DNA of 44,017 bases from Coleofasciculus chthonoplastes F2-STO-03 (GTDB taxonomy: Bacteria; Cyanobacteriota; Cyanobacteriia; Cyanobacteriales; Coleofasciculaceae). How positions within the stretch are numbered: the first letter of the stretch is position 1; each line of letters starts with the position of its first letter. Shown here piece after piece: positions 1 to 10,168 of this stretch. The notes beneath the pieces were generated by a model. It had not been told where the DNA came from. It saw only the letters and a program-made list of their open reading frames with translations, and made no database searches. The stretch lies in the NCBI GenBank assembly GCA_040222015.1, contig JAVJWO010000031.1, positions 1 through 44,017 of the forward strand, read 5' to 3'. The position numbers and the translations under genes were made by a program.

Positions 1-101
1 CGTTCTACCGGATTGCGAAGGATGGCAATGAGTTTAGCCTTGGGGATGTGGCTTTTGATCCGTTCCGGCGCTTTAGGAATATAGAGATATTCAGTAGATG
101 G
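1..101 (-). pseudogene. 5'-truncated sulfotransferase fragment (continues beyond window start)
   Basis: Minus strand reads PSTEYLYIPKAPERIKSHIPKAKLIAILRNPVER, the typical sulfotransferase region containing LRNP. Upstream the frame runs into a 9-mer repeat and stop codons (~168-176) with no start codon. Confidence 0.7.
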
Positions 102-145
102 GAGATGGGGGAGATGGGGGAGATAGGGGAGATGGGGGAGATGGA
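96..145. repeat. Short tandem repeat (GGGGGAGAT)n
   Basis: About 5 imperfect 9-mer units seen directly; the same family occurs in reverse at 9195-9262 and 27293-27313. Confidence 0.85.
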
Positions 146-155
146 AAGTCTGTTG

Positions 156-215
156 TAGGGGCGGGTTTTACTGCTAACGTTTGCTTTGCACCCTGATATA
201 ACTAAACCCGCCCCG
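156..215. repeat. GTAG-type REP-like long palindrome (GTAGGGGCGGGTTT...AAACCCGCCCC)
   Basis: Inverted arms around a ~30-nt spacer. Related copies at ~3944-4003, 8452-8513, 27222-27285, 40056-40114 and 43887-43950. Confidence 0.8.
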
Positions 216-324
216 ACTTGACCAATGACGAACGATGAATGACAAATGACAACTGACTCACCGGATTCATTTTATGATCGAAAGGAATTAAGAATTGTAT
301 ACACTCATCTGCTAAACAAGCTTC

Positions 325-1533
325 ATGGATACAAAAGCCTTCAAACGTTCACTCCATAGTTCAGAAAACTATCACCGTAAGGGATTTGGTCACGATGCTG
401 AGGTGGCGATTCAGCTTCAATCTGAATATCAAAGCAGCTTGATTCAAGAAATCCGCGATAATAACTATCGACTCAAACGGGGAAATGTGACCATTCACCT
501 GGCAGAGGCATTTGGCTTTTGCTGGGGTGTGGAACGCGCTGTGGCTATGGCGTATGAAACTCGCCAACATTTTCCCACCGAGCGCATCTGGATGACGAAT
601 GAAATTATCCATAATCCCTCCGTCAACCAGCACCTACAGAATATGAACGTCAACTTTGTTCCCGTTGAGGACGGAACAAAAGACTTTTCCATCGTTGGTG
701 CGGGTGATGTGGTAATTTTACCCGCCTTTGGTGCCAGCGTTCAGGAAATGCAACTGCTCAATGACAAAAACTGTAAGATTGTCGATACCACCTGTCCATG
801 GGTGTCTAAAGTGTGGCATACGGTGGAGAAGCATAAGAAGAAAGAATACACCTCCATTATCCACGGCAAGTATAAGCACGAAGAAACCATCGCCACCAGT
901 TCCTTTGCGGGGAAATACCTGGTGGTGCTGAATCTGCAAGAAGCCGAGTATGTCGCCGACTATATCCTCAATGGTGGGAATCGGGACGAGTTTTTGGCAA
1001 AATTCAGCCGCGCCACGTCCGAAGGATTTGACCCAGAGCGGGATTTGGAGCATGTTGGCATCGCTAACCAAACCACCATGCTCAAAAGTGAAACCGAGCA
1101 AATTGGTAAGCTGTTTGAGCGCACGATGATGAAAAAGTATGGTCCGGTTCAGCTAAATCAGCATTTCCAGAGTTTTAACACCATCTGCGATGCCACTCAA
1201 GAACGGCAGGATGCGATGTTGGAGCTAGTGGAAGAACGGTTAGATTTAATGGTAGTGATTGGTGGCTTTAACTCATCCAATACCACGCAACTGCAACAAA
1301 TTGCCATTGAACGGAAGATTCCGTCTTATCACATCGATAGCGCTGAGCGAATTGGTCCGGGGAATCGGATTGATCACAAGGTACTGCATCACGATATGAC
1401 GGTGACGGAAAATTGGCTTCCAGATGGTGAAACTGTTGTCGGTGTAACGTCTGGAGCATCTACACCAGATAAGGTGGTTGAAGATGTCATTGAGAAGATT
1501 TTTGAGTTGAAAGCCACTGCGGTAGCTGTTTAA
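325..1533 (+). CDS. ispH: 4-hydroxy-3-methylbut-2-enyl diphosphate reductase
   Basis: [29 protein letters not shown] and GASTP motifs; cyanobacterial long form. Confidence 0.98.
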   Translation: MDTKAFKRSLHSSENYHRKGFGHDAEVAIQLQSEYQSSLIQEIRDNNYRLKRGNVTIHLAEAFGFCWGVERAVAMAYETRQHFPTERIWMTNEIIHNPSVNQHLQNMNVNFVPVEDGTKDFSIVGAGDVVILPAFGASVQEMQLLNDKNCKIVDTTCPWVSKVWHTVEKHKKKEYTSIIHGKYKHEETIATSSFAGKYLVVLNLQEAEYVADYILNGGNRDEFLAKFSRATSEGFDPERDLEHVGIANQTTMLKSETEQIGKLFERTMMKKYGPVQLNQHFQSFNTICDATQERQDAMLELVEERLDLMVVIGGFNSSNTTQLQQIAIERKIPSYHIDSAERIGPGNRIDHKVLHHDMTVTENWLPDGETVVGVTSGASTPDKVVEDVIEKIFELKATAVAV

Positions 1534-1556
1534 TTTGTTCGGTTAGTATCGATTCA

Positions 1557-1585
1557 GTAGGGGCATGGTAGTGCCATGCCCCTAC
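1557..1585. repeat. REP-like hairpin GTAGGGGCATGG-TAGTG-CCATGCCCCTAC, possible terminator/stabiliser after ispH
   Basis: Perfect inverted repeat between convergent genes. Confidence 0.75.
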
Positions 1586-1604
1586 ATCACTGATGTTTAT
1601 CTTA

Positions 1605-1780
1605 ACAGGGGTTTGGGGAGGTCGTAAGACCCACGCTGTAATCTGTGATGAGCGCGTTGGGATACACGACTCCCCAAGGTCAATTTAGGTAACTCAATGT
1701 CCACCTAAATTGACATTTAACATTGCGCGGCTAGCTAGTAAATGTTGTATAATAAGGGTATGCTGACATTTAACTACTGC
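1605..1780 (+). mobile_element. IS200/IS605-family left-end remnant with first codons of a tnpB-like gene
   Basis: Hairpin TTGGGGAG(G)TCGT..ACGACTCCCCAA, perfect 12-bp IR 1679-1690/1703-1714, then TATAAT and ATG CTG ACA TTT AAC TAC (MLTFNY), resembling cyanobacterial TnpB N-termini. Confidence 0.45.
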
Positions 1781-1813
1781 TTCGGCTTCGCTCGATGTTG
1801 GTGTGGGAGGATG

Positions 1814-2605
1814 TCACTCAATCTCAATAGAGGTTGGTTGCGAATCGCTGGTTCCCGTTGTGGTCAATGGCGTGCGATACTCAGCATAGAGGCGATCGCG
1901 CCAGTCGAAGAAGGTTTGATACATGCTACTATCGGCTAAACCAGGAATACCTTTCCCGTTCAGGGAGTCAGGCAAATCCAGATAGGAACCTTCGGGAAAT
2001 TTCAGCAGTAAACTCACCCCAGCCACGGCAAAATCAGCTAAACAGGGACTGTCTGTGACCAGATAGGGGCGATCGGACAAAATTAAGCTGAGGGCTTCTA
2101 AGTCTTGCTTTAGGCTGTCTCTGGCGTCTTTGAGGGCGTCTGCACTGCAACCGAAACCAATCCCCAAAACCTCAAACACTTCTGCGGGAACACCGCCCAG
2201 AACGGTTTTGAAGAAATCTGGCGTATCGTTGGGTAAGACTGATGTACGATAGCTGGAATTGTGACTTAATGCCCCATAGAAGACTTTGCGACTTTTGACA
2301 CCAATGGACTCATCCGCCCATTCTTCCATCAGCAAGCATTGGGCACGTTGGTGGGGATCGGTGGGAATTAGGGGCTTGTCGGGATACTTGCGATCTAAGT
2401 ACATCGCGATCGCAGTTGAATCAGCAATGACGGTATCTCCATCTTTGAGAACCGGGACTTGCCGTTGACCCGATAGGCGATACAAGTCTAGCTGTCCGAT
2501 TCCGGGAGTGACTTCAATTTTGCGATAGGCTAGCCCTTTGTAATCTAGAATCAGCCGCACTTTTTCCGAAAACTGCGACATTTCAAATTGATACAGTTCC
2601 AACAT
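1814..2605 (-). CDS. Glutathione S-transferase family protein
   Basis: SQFSEKVRLIL, QVPVL, IADSTAI and ADFAVA GST motifs. Confidence 0.93.
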   Translation of the reverse strand: MLELYQFEMSQFSEKVRLILDYKGLAYRKIEVTPGIGQLDLYRLSGQRQVPVLKDGDTVIADSTAIAMYLDRKYPDKPLIPTDPHQRAQCLLMEEWADESIGVKSRKVFYGALSHNSSYRTSVLPNDTPDFFKTVLGGVPAEVFEVLGIGFGCSADALKDARDSLKQDLEALSLILSDRPYLVTDSPCLADFAVAGVSLLLKFPEGSYLDLPDSLNGKGIPGLADSSMYQTFFDWRDRLYAEYRTPLTTTGTSDSQPTSIEIE

Positions 2606-2702
2606 GATTTATCTCCTTAGGGAATAGGTTTGATCGTTTGTCCTTTGTCCTTGGTGATTGCCTAAATTGAACCAATAACTCCGGACAAGAATGTGCAGAA
2701 TA

Positions 2703-3479
2703 CTAAGCCATTTGAGGTGTCAGGTTAAGTTCCAGCGCTTCGTTTGGCTGAGGATCAATCACCTGAGTGGATAGGTTGTGCTGTGCCAGTTGCGATCGCA
2801 ACTCCTCCAGACTACCAACCTGATTCAACAGGAAATCTAACATTCCCTCGTACTGAACTCCACCTCCGGTGGCTGTGGGTAGAAACACTTGGGGTTGCAC
2901 CCATTGTGCCAGTTGCAGTGCGGTACGATGACCTTGAATAATCGGTCCCAGCACAGGTAATTCCAACGTCACCACGGGACTAATCACCACATCGATGGGA
3001 GCATACTCTTTTAACTGATCGGGTGGATACCCGTGAGGTTCATAATAGAGACTTGTGCCACTCTCTAACTGTTTGACCAGATAGGCGTTTTCCTGCAAAA
3101 AAGGACCAATCGGTGCCCCTGGTAAGGCGCGGATTTCAATTTGGTCAGCGAGGGTGAAGGTTTGACCAAAGGCTAACGGCGTCACCTGAGTATAGCCCAA
3201 CTCTCTCACCACCGTTGCTGCATTCTCTGAACCCACGACGGGAATCGTTTTGTCCAGCTTTTCCAAGGTAGGTTTGTGGGCGTGATCATCGAGTCCCTGA
3301 GATAGCAGAATCAAGTCTATCTGATCAGGAAGTGCATCCAAGGCTGGAGGTTTGTCGCCTTTGAACAACCAGGGCATATTGCTAAAGACTAAGGAATCCA
3401 CAAGCCAGGGATCAATCAGGATGTGTTTTTGCCCAAGTTCGAGTAGCCAGCTATTGGCGCCGAAGTAGGTTAGGTGCAT
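2703..3479 (-). CDS. MBL-fold metallo-hydrolase (cyanobacterial/plant type)
   Basis: ILIDPWL, LSQGLDDHAH variant metal motif, YYEPHG. Confidence 0.9.
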   Translation of the reverse strand: MHLTYFGANSWLLELGQKHILIDPWLVDSLVFSNMPWLFKGDKPPALDALPDQIDLILLSQGLDDHAHKPTLEKLDKTIPVVGSENAATVVRELGYTQVTPLAFGQTFTLADQIEIRALPGAPIGPFLQENAYLVKQLESGTSLYYEPHGYPPDQLKEYAPIDVVISPVVTLELPVLGPIIQGHRTALQLAQWVQPQVFLPTATGGGVQYEGMLDFLLNQVGSLEELRSQLAQHNLSTQVIDPQPNEALELNLTPQMA

Positions 3480-3570
3480 AGCAGTCCAACTATAGTGTCA
3501 TCTCTCCCAATTGTAAAGTTTCTTAAAGTTTCTGCCCGTTGTCTAGGAGGTGCGAGGGAGTGCTGCTGAC

Positions 3571-3919
3571 TTTTCACAAGGAAAGGACGGGAGAACGGAA
3601 GCTCCGTTCCTTCACTTCGTTCGAGGACATGATTTTTAAATCGGAGATGAAGTTCGACACGGCGAATAAATTCGCAGTGCTAAACTGGAGCTAACTTGCG
3701 GCTGCGAAGTCGAAGTTAACTTTTAAACAAGGTACCCATGGACTGTGGGAAACCCAAGCTGCAAAGTTGGAAACGCCTAGCCCTGAATTGACAGGGTCTG
3801 CCAGGAGATAACACAGCGCCCTTTGAGGCTTTCCGTTGTGTGCCGAGGAACCCGCTTATCGGGATATATAGGCTCAAAGGTCTATAGAATCTTCCTTCTA
3901 GAAGAAGGAAGAGTGTCAA
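3571..3919 (+). mobile_element. Non-autonomous IS200/IS605 derivative (PATE-like) retaining both ends and the reRNA region
   Basis: Preceded by CTGAC (3566-3570). Left hairpin GAACGGA-AGC-TCCGTTC; right hairpin TCTTCCTTCT-AGA-AGAAGGAAGA (3890-3912) followed by GTGTCAA. No ORF. Confidence 0.65.
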
Positions 3920-4494
3920 GGTATATAGTATAGTTTTGATTCTGTAGGGGCGGGTTTCACTACTATCTTGTCGATTTCACCCAGATGCAACTAAACTCGC
4001 CCCAACTTGCTCCTTTGATTCAAAGGATCGGACATGGCGTATGACTGCGACTTGGTATCAGGTACAAACAAATGGCGTAGCTTGCTTGCTCGTTGAGCGC
4101 GAGTTCTCCACCGTTAGCTTTTATTGTGTCCACCTACTTACTATTCTCGTTTTGTTCTCACCCTGATGTTATTGAACTAACCCCAACCAAAGTATCGCGC
4201 CCACCATTTTCTCCTGGCTTTACTCAAGCTTTAAACTATCTGTAAATAATTAAAGATTTTGTGAAGTTGCAATCTGATGTCTATCTTATTTATTGATGAT
4301 TGGTTACCATAACAGAGGCATAAAAAATCTGAATATTTCCCGCACATAAAACCTAGTTCTTTAATTCCGCTAGAGTTAATGAACTATTCTTAACCAGGAT
4401 TTACCCTTGTAGGGGTATATCGTGCATCAATCCCTAATTTATTTCCTCGGTAGCCTATTTTGTTTTATTTAAACGGATTGAAAGATATACCCAA

Positions 4495-5376
4495 ATGATG
4501 GCAATTGATGTAATTTCTAATCATTTCAAAGACTTCAGACTATTTCCATCCTGCATTCACTATATAACTAAAAACAATTATTGCAAGGGTATTAGCCAGA
4601 ATTATCTGGTCAATAAAGCCAACAACTTTAAGTTAAGTGAAATTCAGTCTCACTATTTTCATGATTCAATTTTCAATAATATTGATTTGAACGAGATTAT
4701 ACACTCACTCAAACAAAAAGGAATCTCTCGCAATCTTAACCTCCCTGCACAAATTATCCAAGAAATTCGAGACTTAGCGCTGACAACGCCTTGCCATGAA
4801 CCCAACAATACCCGATTCAGTTGTGATGTGTCTGAAAAAGAACAAGTCATGATGCAGAGGGAAAAACCATTGATTCGGGGAATTTACGATAATACTATAT
4901 TGTCATGTCCAACGATCAAGAAACTAGAAACTGATCCAACATTATTAGCAATTGCCGCCACATACCTCAACGCCGAACCGATTCACCACGACACTCAGCT
5001 GTGGTGGAGTTTTGCTGTAGAGTCAACTCTGTATGAGCGACGCCAAGAGGCTCAGAGGTTTTATCGAGCCACGAATAACCCGCGTAGCTTGACCTTTTAC
5101 TTTTATTTAACGGATGTGGATTTGTGCAGTAATCCTCACGTTTGTGTGCTGGAGAGTCACCGGAAGAAAAAGCTTGCCTATCGGTTTTTGAGTAAAGACT
5201 ATTCACTCCAAGACATCAGTAAGTATTATGGCTATCACAATATAACCCCTATGTGTGGTAAAGCGGGTTTAGGATTTGTGGAAGATGCCCGTTGCTTTCG
5301 CAAAAAAAGCTCTCCCAGCAGTAACGATCGCTTAACCTTAGAACTCAAGTTTGCCGCCAAGCCTCGTTCGATTTAA
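4495..5376 (+). CDS. PhyH/2OG-Fe(II) oxygenase-fold protein, apparently lacking metal ligands
   Basis: LWWSF, FYFYLTDVD, PHV..ESH, G.AGLGFVED and DRLTL match the cyanobacterial PhyH-like family. Confidence 0.7.
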   Translation: MMAIDVISNHFKDFRLFPSCIHYITKNNYCKGISQNYLVNKANNFKLSEIQSHYFHDSIFNNIDLNEIIHSLKQKGISRNLNLPAQIIQEIRDLALTTPCHEPNNTRFSCDVSEKEQVMMQREKPLIRGIYDNTILSCPTIKKLETDPTLLAIAATYLNAEPIHHDTQLWWSFAVESTLYERRQEAQRFYRATNNPRSLTFYFYLTDVDLCSNPHVCVLESHRKKKLAYRFLSKDYSLQDISKYYGYHNITPMCGKAGLGFVEDARCFRKKSSPSSNDRLTLELKFAAKPRSI

Positions 5377-5378
5377 GT

Positions 5379-6779
5379 TTAGAGTTTTTCCGAAAGTCGG
5401 GGCGATTCCTGACTCAATTCGCCAGACATTAACTCTCGAAACTGATGCAAAACCCGATCCAAACCCACAGAACGTGAGGCTTTGAACAGTAAGCGATCGC
5501 CCGGTTGCACAAATTCAGTTAAATGCTGTACCAAGGCGTCATCCTGGGCAAAAGCTTTGCTGGGTAACGTTGAGATTCCCCTAGTAATGGCTTCGGCTTC
5601 TCTATCCTTAAGAGCAATCAATACGGCATCTAATTGAAGTTGCTGGGCTTTCTGTCCAACTTGCTGGTGCAGTTGTTCCGAATGGTCTCCTAATTCCTTC
5701 ATTGATCCCAAAATAGCAATGTGTCGCTTACCCGGCGTCTGGGCGAGGAGATGTAACGCCGCGATCATGGCTTCAAATCCAGCATTATAGGTTTCATCGA
5801 GAATCACGATATTATTAGGCAACTCATAGCGTTGCGATCGCCCCCCAGACATCTGAACCGATAATCCTCTCCTCAAGGGTGTCCAATCAATCTGGAGATG
5901 TTTCGCCACGGCTAGGGCGGCTAAATAGTTGAGGGCATTATGTTCCCCCGGTAAAGGTAAGGTCAATGTGATATCATCTACCATTAGCCTAAACAGGTCA
6001 ATGAGTTTTCCCTGGACATCACCACCGTTTAAACCAAACGTCAACGTTTCTCCTTGCCAAACCGTAGCCGCCGTATCCATTAACCGTTGGTTATCATGAT
6101 TGAGAATCGCCACGCTTGTGTTCGGCATCTGCGCCAATAACTCACATTTTGCCTTTGCGATCGCATCCTCAGATCCTAAAAGTCCAATATGCGCCGTCCC
6201 CACATTCGTAATCACGCCAATCGTCGGACGGGCAATTTGGGTCAATAGGGCAATTTGCCCAGAACCCCGCATCGCCATTTCAATCACGGCATAATCATGA
6301 TTGGAGTCTAATTCCAGCAATGTTTTTGGCACACCAATCTCATTATTGTAATTTGCCTGGGTTTTCAGGACATTGCCTTGAGTAGACAAAACCGCCGCGA
6401 TTAATTCCTTCGTCGTCGTTTTTCCAGCAGAACCCGTAACCGCAATCACCGGAATATCAAACTGATCGCGCCACCATCGAGCAAGTTGCTGATATGCCTG
6501 TAGAGTATCATCGACTTGAAGCTGGGGTATATCCTGAAGATGGCGACCTTGGTCACGGTTAGTAATCACCGCGATCGCCCCTTTCTTAATCGCTACCTCA
6601 GCGTAGTCATGTCCATCAAAGGTTTCTCCCCGCAGTGCCAAAAAGATTTGACCCGATTCCAGGTTACGGGTATCAGTAGTAATACCATAGACCCCATTAA
6701 CCGTCATCGGCGCGGGCAGATTAACCGGAGTAGCCGCGAGGACTTCGATGAATTGGGTTAACGAAAGCTGACAAGGCAT
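5379..6779 (-). CDS. murF: UDP-N-acetylmuramoyl-tripeptide--D-Ala-D-Ala ligase
   Basis: FDGHDY, AVTGSAGKTTTKE, NYNNEIGVP, DETYNA, KASR. Confidence 0.97.
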   Translation of the reverse strand: MPCQLSLTQFIEVLAATPVNLPAPMTVNGVYGITTDTRNLESGQIFLALRGETFDGHDYAEVAIKKGAIAVITNRDQGRHLQDIPQLQVDDTLQAYQQLARWWRDQFDIPVIAVTGSAGKTTTKELIAAVLSTQGNVLKTQANYNNEIGVPKTLLELDSNHDYAVIEMAMRGSGQIALLTQIARPTIGVITNVGTAHIGLLGSEDAIAKAKCELLAQMPNTSVAILNHDNQRLMDTAATVWQGETLTFGLNGGDVQGKLIDLFRLMVDDITLTLPLPGEHNALNYLAALAVAKHLQIDWTPLRRGLSVQMSGGRSQRYELPNNIVILDETYNAGFEAMIAALHLLAQTPGKRHIAILGSMKELGDHSEQLHQQVGQKAQQLQLDAVLIALKDREAEAITRGISTLPSKAFAQDDALVQHLTEFVQPGDRLLFKASRSVGLDRVLHQFRELMSGELSQESPRLSEKL

Positions 6780-7115
6780 AATTCCAGGATGGTGAATAGG
6801 TTATGGCTGGTTGTGGGGCTTCTCGCCGGATAAGCTAAATCGCGTTTTATTCTATATTCACTGAATCTTCACACTTTTGCGGCATTATTTTACAGTATGA
6901 TCCATACTTAGTTTAGTATGCTTATATATAGAGATAATATAGTTTATTAGATTTAAGCAACTCTTGACCAAGCTCGTTTAAGCGGGGTAATTCATAAAAT
7001 GGATCAGGGTTTTCGGTTGTTGAAATACAGGGCAAGTCAAATTTGAGCTTAGATCTGCCAAATTCCATTCAAATCAACCAGCCCACGACTTTTGCGCGTA
7101 GGGGGGTAAACTGAA

Positions 7116-8390
7116 GTGAATACTAGTACTTGGACAGACTCTGACATCAGACAAACTAGCTCACAAGAGCAGCAACTGTACGACCATATCCTGTATTGCG
7201 TACAGGTAGAATCTCCGACGCAGACGCTTGAACGCTTCAAACAGCTATTCATGGACGGCTCTCGATATCCAGAGCCGGAAATCTGGATGGTCTTGGAAAA
7301 GCTAGCAATGGATAAGCAGGCTGAGCAAGAGTTCAAGTTCATCCTGAATCGTTGCTGTCACATTCTGATTAACCGCTGGCAAATACAACCGCAACACCAA
7401 AGCGCCATCCCTGAATTGGTGGCATTACTGGATAATATTCCACCCGCAACCGGGGTTTACTCTCGCGGTTCTAGGCGTCTGCGACATCTGCTACAGCTTT
7501 TTAAAGAAACCGACCAATATCTTACCCTACATCGCTTATCTCAGGTGGTCGGTGAAACATCCAACAGTTCTAAAGAAGTCGGACCTCTAATTCAGCGATA
7601 CCCTTATCTGTACGAACACTGTTTGCTGAGTGAAGATAGTAGTTACGAACATCGGCAAACCGTCCGGCAAATTCAATCCCGGCTCCAGCGGCGCTTTGAG
7701 GTAGATTTGTCACAGTACGTTACTTATCAGGTGCGATGCGCTCAAATGAAACGTCGGGACTCGAAAGAAGCCTCAACCAAAATTATCCAACCTGTCAAAA
7801 ATCCCACCCTTTTAACGGATCATGAGTTGGGGACTGCCCTAAAACAGTTTGTTGGCAAAGTCCAAGGCTCTCATACGTGCCGGGATTTGGCTCAAAGTTT
7901 TCTAACTCATAGCAGCCAGACTCCTTGCTACAAAGACTTTAAGGACGATTTGTATGAGTATCTGACGGCTTCCATTGATCCAGCTTACGGAAAACGGCAG
8001 TTTAATAGTCGGTTGCATGAACATCTGAAAAATACCTTACCTCAAAGTGATAATCAGAAACCCAGCGAATTTCTGATTTTGCGAACCTGTAGCCAATTAT
8101 TAAATTTTCTGGTTGTTGAGAGTTCTGTTCGCCCTAAACATTTTGTTTTTGTCGATCTAATCACGAATTTAGGCGCAACGGTTACTACGGTGTTGCTACT
8201 CAAGATTGTGTTGCTGTGTCGTAAAGTTAAACCCTATTTGGAGAAGCGATTTTCCATTTTGTTTAATCATTACGAATCTTCAACTAGAGACGGTGTACCC
8301 TGGTTAATTAAGTCTCTGGAAAACTTAAATGTTGCGTTTAGTATTCATTTTGGCAGAGCTGATCTTTCCTGTCTGAATCAAATTATGTAA
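7116..8390 (+). CDS. Conserved cyanobacterial hypothetical protein (all-helical)
   Basis: 424-aa ORF with GTG start and protein-like composition; no motif recognised. Confidence 0.8.
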   Translation: MNTSTWTDSDIRQTSSQEQQLYDHILYCVQVESPTQTLERFKQLFMDGSRYPEPEIWMVLEKLAMDKQAEQEFKFILNRCCHILINRWQIQPQHQSAIPELVALLDNIPPATGVYSRGSRRLRHLLQLFKETDQYLTLHRLSQVVGETSNSSKEVGPLIQRYPYLYEHCLLSEDSSYEHRQTVRQIQSRLQRRFEVDLSQYVTYQVRCAQMKRRDSKEASTKIIQPVKNPTLLTDHELGTALKQFVGKVQGSHTCRDLAQSFLTHSSQTPCYKDFKDDLYEYLTASIDPAYGKRQFNSRLHEHLKNTLPQSDNQKPSEFLILRTCSQLLNFLVVESSVRPKHFVFVDLITNLGATVTTVLLLKIVLLCRKVKPYLEKRFSILFNHYESSTRDGVPWLIKSLENLNVAFSIHFGRADLSCLNQIM

Positions 8391-8517
8391 ATTGGTCATT
8401 GGTCATTGGTCATTCGTTAATTCAAAACCAGGTTCCCTTGAGCAAAGTCAAGTCGGGCGAGTTTAGTCACATCTGGGTGCAAAGGAAACGATAGTAGTGA
8501 AACTCGCCCCTACACAC

Positions 8518-9123
8518 TCAACACTCAATTATCCGGCTATTGTAGAGGCTCATTGCCTTTTCGACGCCTTGCTTGAGGGAGAGTTCTATGGCGTCAACGG
8601 CGAGTGGAATGACTTCGGAGATGATCTTAGATTCTTCCGGAGAGAATTTGCCTAAAACGTGACCGACGGTGTTCTTGTCTGGCTCAGACTTGCCAATCCC
8701 AATGCGTAGGCGGGGGAAATTTTGTGTCCCCAGATGCGCGATCGCGGATTTCATGCCGTTGTGTCCTCCCGCAGAACCCGACAGGCGTAGGCGTAGCCGC
8801 CCTACGGGTAAATCAAGTTCGTCATAGACGATCAAAACTGACTCTGGGGGCATTTTATACCAATCTATCGCGGCACGAATCGCTTGCCCAGAACGATTCA
8901 TGTAGGTTAGGGGTTTGAGTAAACGTAGTTTGTCACCCGTTAAGCTACGTCCTTCCCCCAACAACGCTTGAAATCGACGATTTTCGCTCCAAGAAATTTG
9001 CACCCGACGGGCTAACTCATCGACGACTTCAAAACCAATGTTATGACGGGTTTTGTCATATTTGGGTTCGGGATTACCCAAACCTACAATTAGTTGAGGA
9101 ATCACTAAACTGTCATTTGTCAT
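8518..9123 (-). CDS. pth: Peptidyl-tRNA hydrolase
   Basis: LIVGLGNP, TRHNIGF, KPLTYMNRSG, GGHNG. Confidence 0.98.
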   Translation of the reverse strand: MTNDSLVIPQLIVGLGNPEPKYDKTRHNIGFEVVDELARRVQISWSENRRFQALLGEGRSLTGDKLRLLKPLTYMNRSGQAIRAAIDWYKMPPESVLIVYDELDLPVGRLRLRLSGSAGGHNGMKSAIAHLGTQNFPRLRIGIGKSEPDKNTVGHVLGKFSPEESKIISEVIPLAVDAIELSLKQGVEKAMSLYNSRIIEC

Positions 9124-9129
9124 TTTTTA

Positions 9130-9262
9130 GGGAACAGGGAACAGGGAACAGGGAACAGCTTATGATCTTATGTCATTGGTGAGTAGGGAAATTCTCCCCA
9201 GCTCCCCCAGCTCCCCCAGCTCCCCCAGCTCCCCCAGCTTTCCCAGCTCCAGCTCCCCATCT
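9130..9262. repeat. STRR arrays (GGGAACA)x4 and (CTCCCCCAG)n
   Basis: Seen directly between pth and the DUF2811 gene. Confidence 0.85.
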
Positions 9263-9273
9263 CACTACTTCAC

Positions 9274-9504
9274 TCAAGCCGGAGACTGAAATAGGGATTC
9301 TAGGTAGACACGAGCGCAAGCGCGATAGGTCTGGGATGCTTCATGGGTCTTACCACTTTCATTTTGGTTTTGGAGCAAAAACAGTGATAGCGCTGCGGCA
9401 AAAACCCGATCTTGATCCCAAGTGGGATGGGTTTCTAAGTAGCGCTTGAGGGACTCGTGTAGGTCTTCAGGGATTTCTGCCAAAATGCTTACGGTTGCGT
9501 TCAT
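9274..9504 (-). CDS. DUF2811 domain protein
   Basis: VSILAEIPEDLHESL..YLETHPTWDQDRVFAAALSLFLLQN. Confidence 0.85.
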   Translation of the reverse strand: MNATVSILAEIPEDLHESLKRYLETHPTWDQDRVFAAALSLFLLQNQNESGKTHEASQTYRACARVYLESLFQSPA

Positions 9505-9783
9505 AGTTACCTCTGTATCAAATAGCGTGTTGGGACAAAAGCCACCTTGCTCGCTCTCTACATGTCTGTGGAAATCGGCTAATGTAGCTAAAACCTAGCG
9601 GCAAATAGACTTAGACACAGCACCCACTGCTCTTGTTGCTTTTGCTTGTCTCAAGTTTTTTTATGGGTAGGTCGCACTATTCTCAACTGAGATGGGGTGG
9701 GGTTGTCAATGATACGAAATATTACAAGGTCACTCAAATCGGCAAAATGCTAACGATAGAATCAGCCTTTGAACTCGATTTTC

Positions 9784-9801
9784 GTTACATAAGTTTACAC
9801 A
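9784..9801. promoter_or_regulatory. HLR1-like (RpaB) direct repeat
   Basis: GTTACATA-AG-TTTACACA versus consensus KTTACAWW-N2-KTTACAWW, one mismatch. Confidence 0.5.
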
Positions 9802-9833
9802 AATTCAGTCTAGTATCGCCTCCATATCCTTGA

Positions 9834-9970
9834 TGGGGAAAATCCCCAACATGAGGGGATAGGCTCGATCCCGCCGTTCATCCCTGTGGAAAACCTTATG
9901 TAATTTGTGGAAAACGTGGAAATTTTATGTGGAAACACTGGGGAATCTAGTGGGGAAAACTAGGTGAAAA
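9834..9970. promoter_or_regulatory. Cluster of co-oriented cyanobacterial DnaA-box-like 9-mers
   Basis: TGTGGAAAA (= TTTTCCACA) exact at 9885 and 9906; one mismatch at 9834, 9928 and 9951; weaker at 9915, 9939 and 9962. Confidence 0.6.
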
Positions 9971-10079
9971 GATAAGAATTGCAAATTGTTTGATCGGGGA
10001 CGGATCAATACACGGATGAATACTACTCGGATCAGCTTGAGGGCGTCGATCCAGTCCCCACAGTTGACACTCAAAAGAA

Positions 10080-10107
10080 GTAGAGACGTTGCATGCAACG
10101 TCTCTAC
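10080..10107. repeat. REP-like palindrome GTAGAGACGTTGCATGCAACGTCTCTAC
   Basis: Perfect 28-bp palindrome; variants at 25508-25535, ~36428-36455 and inside the 102-bp MITE. Confidence 0.85.
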
Positions 10108-10168
10108 TTGCGGGTCTTGTTCCCCGTGCTTCCCCTGCTTCCCCGCACCTGTCTGGAATTGCCAGGGG

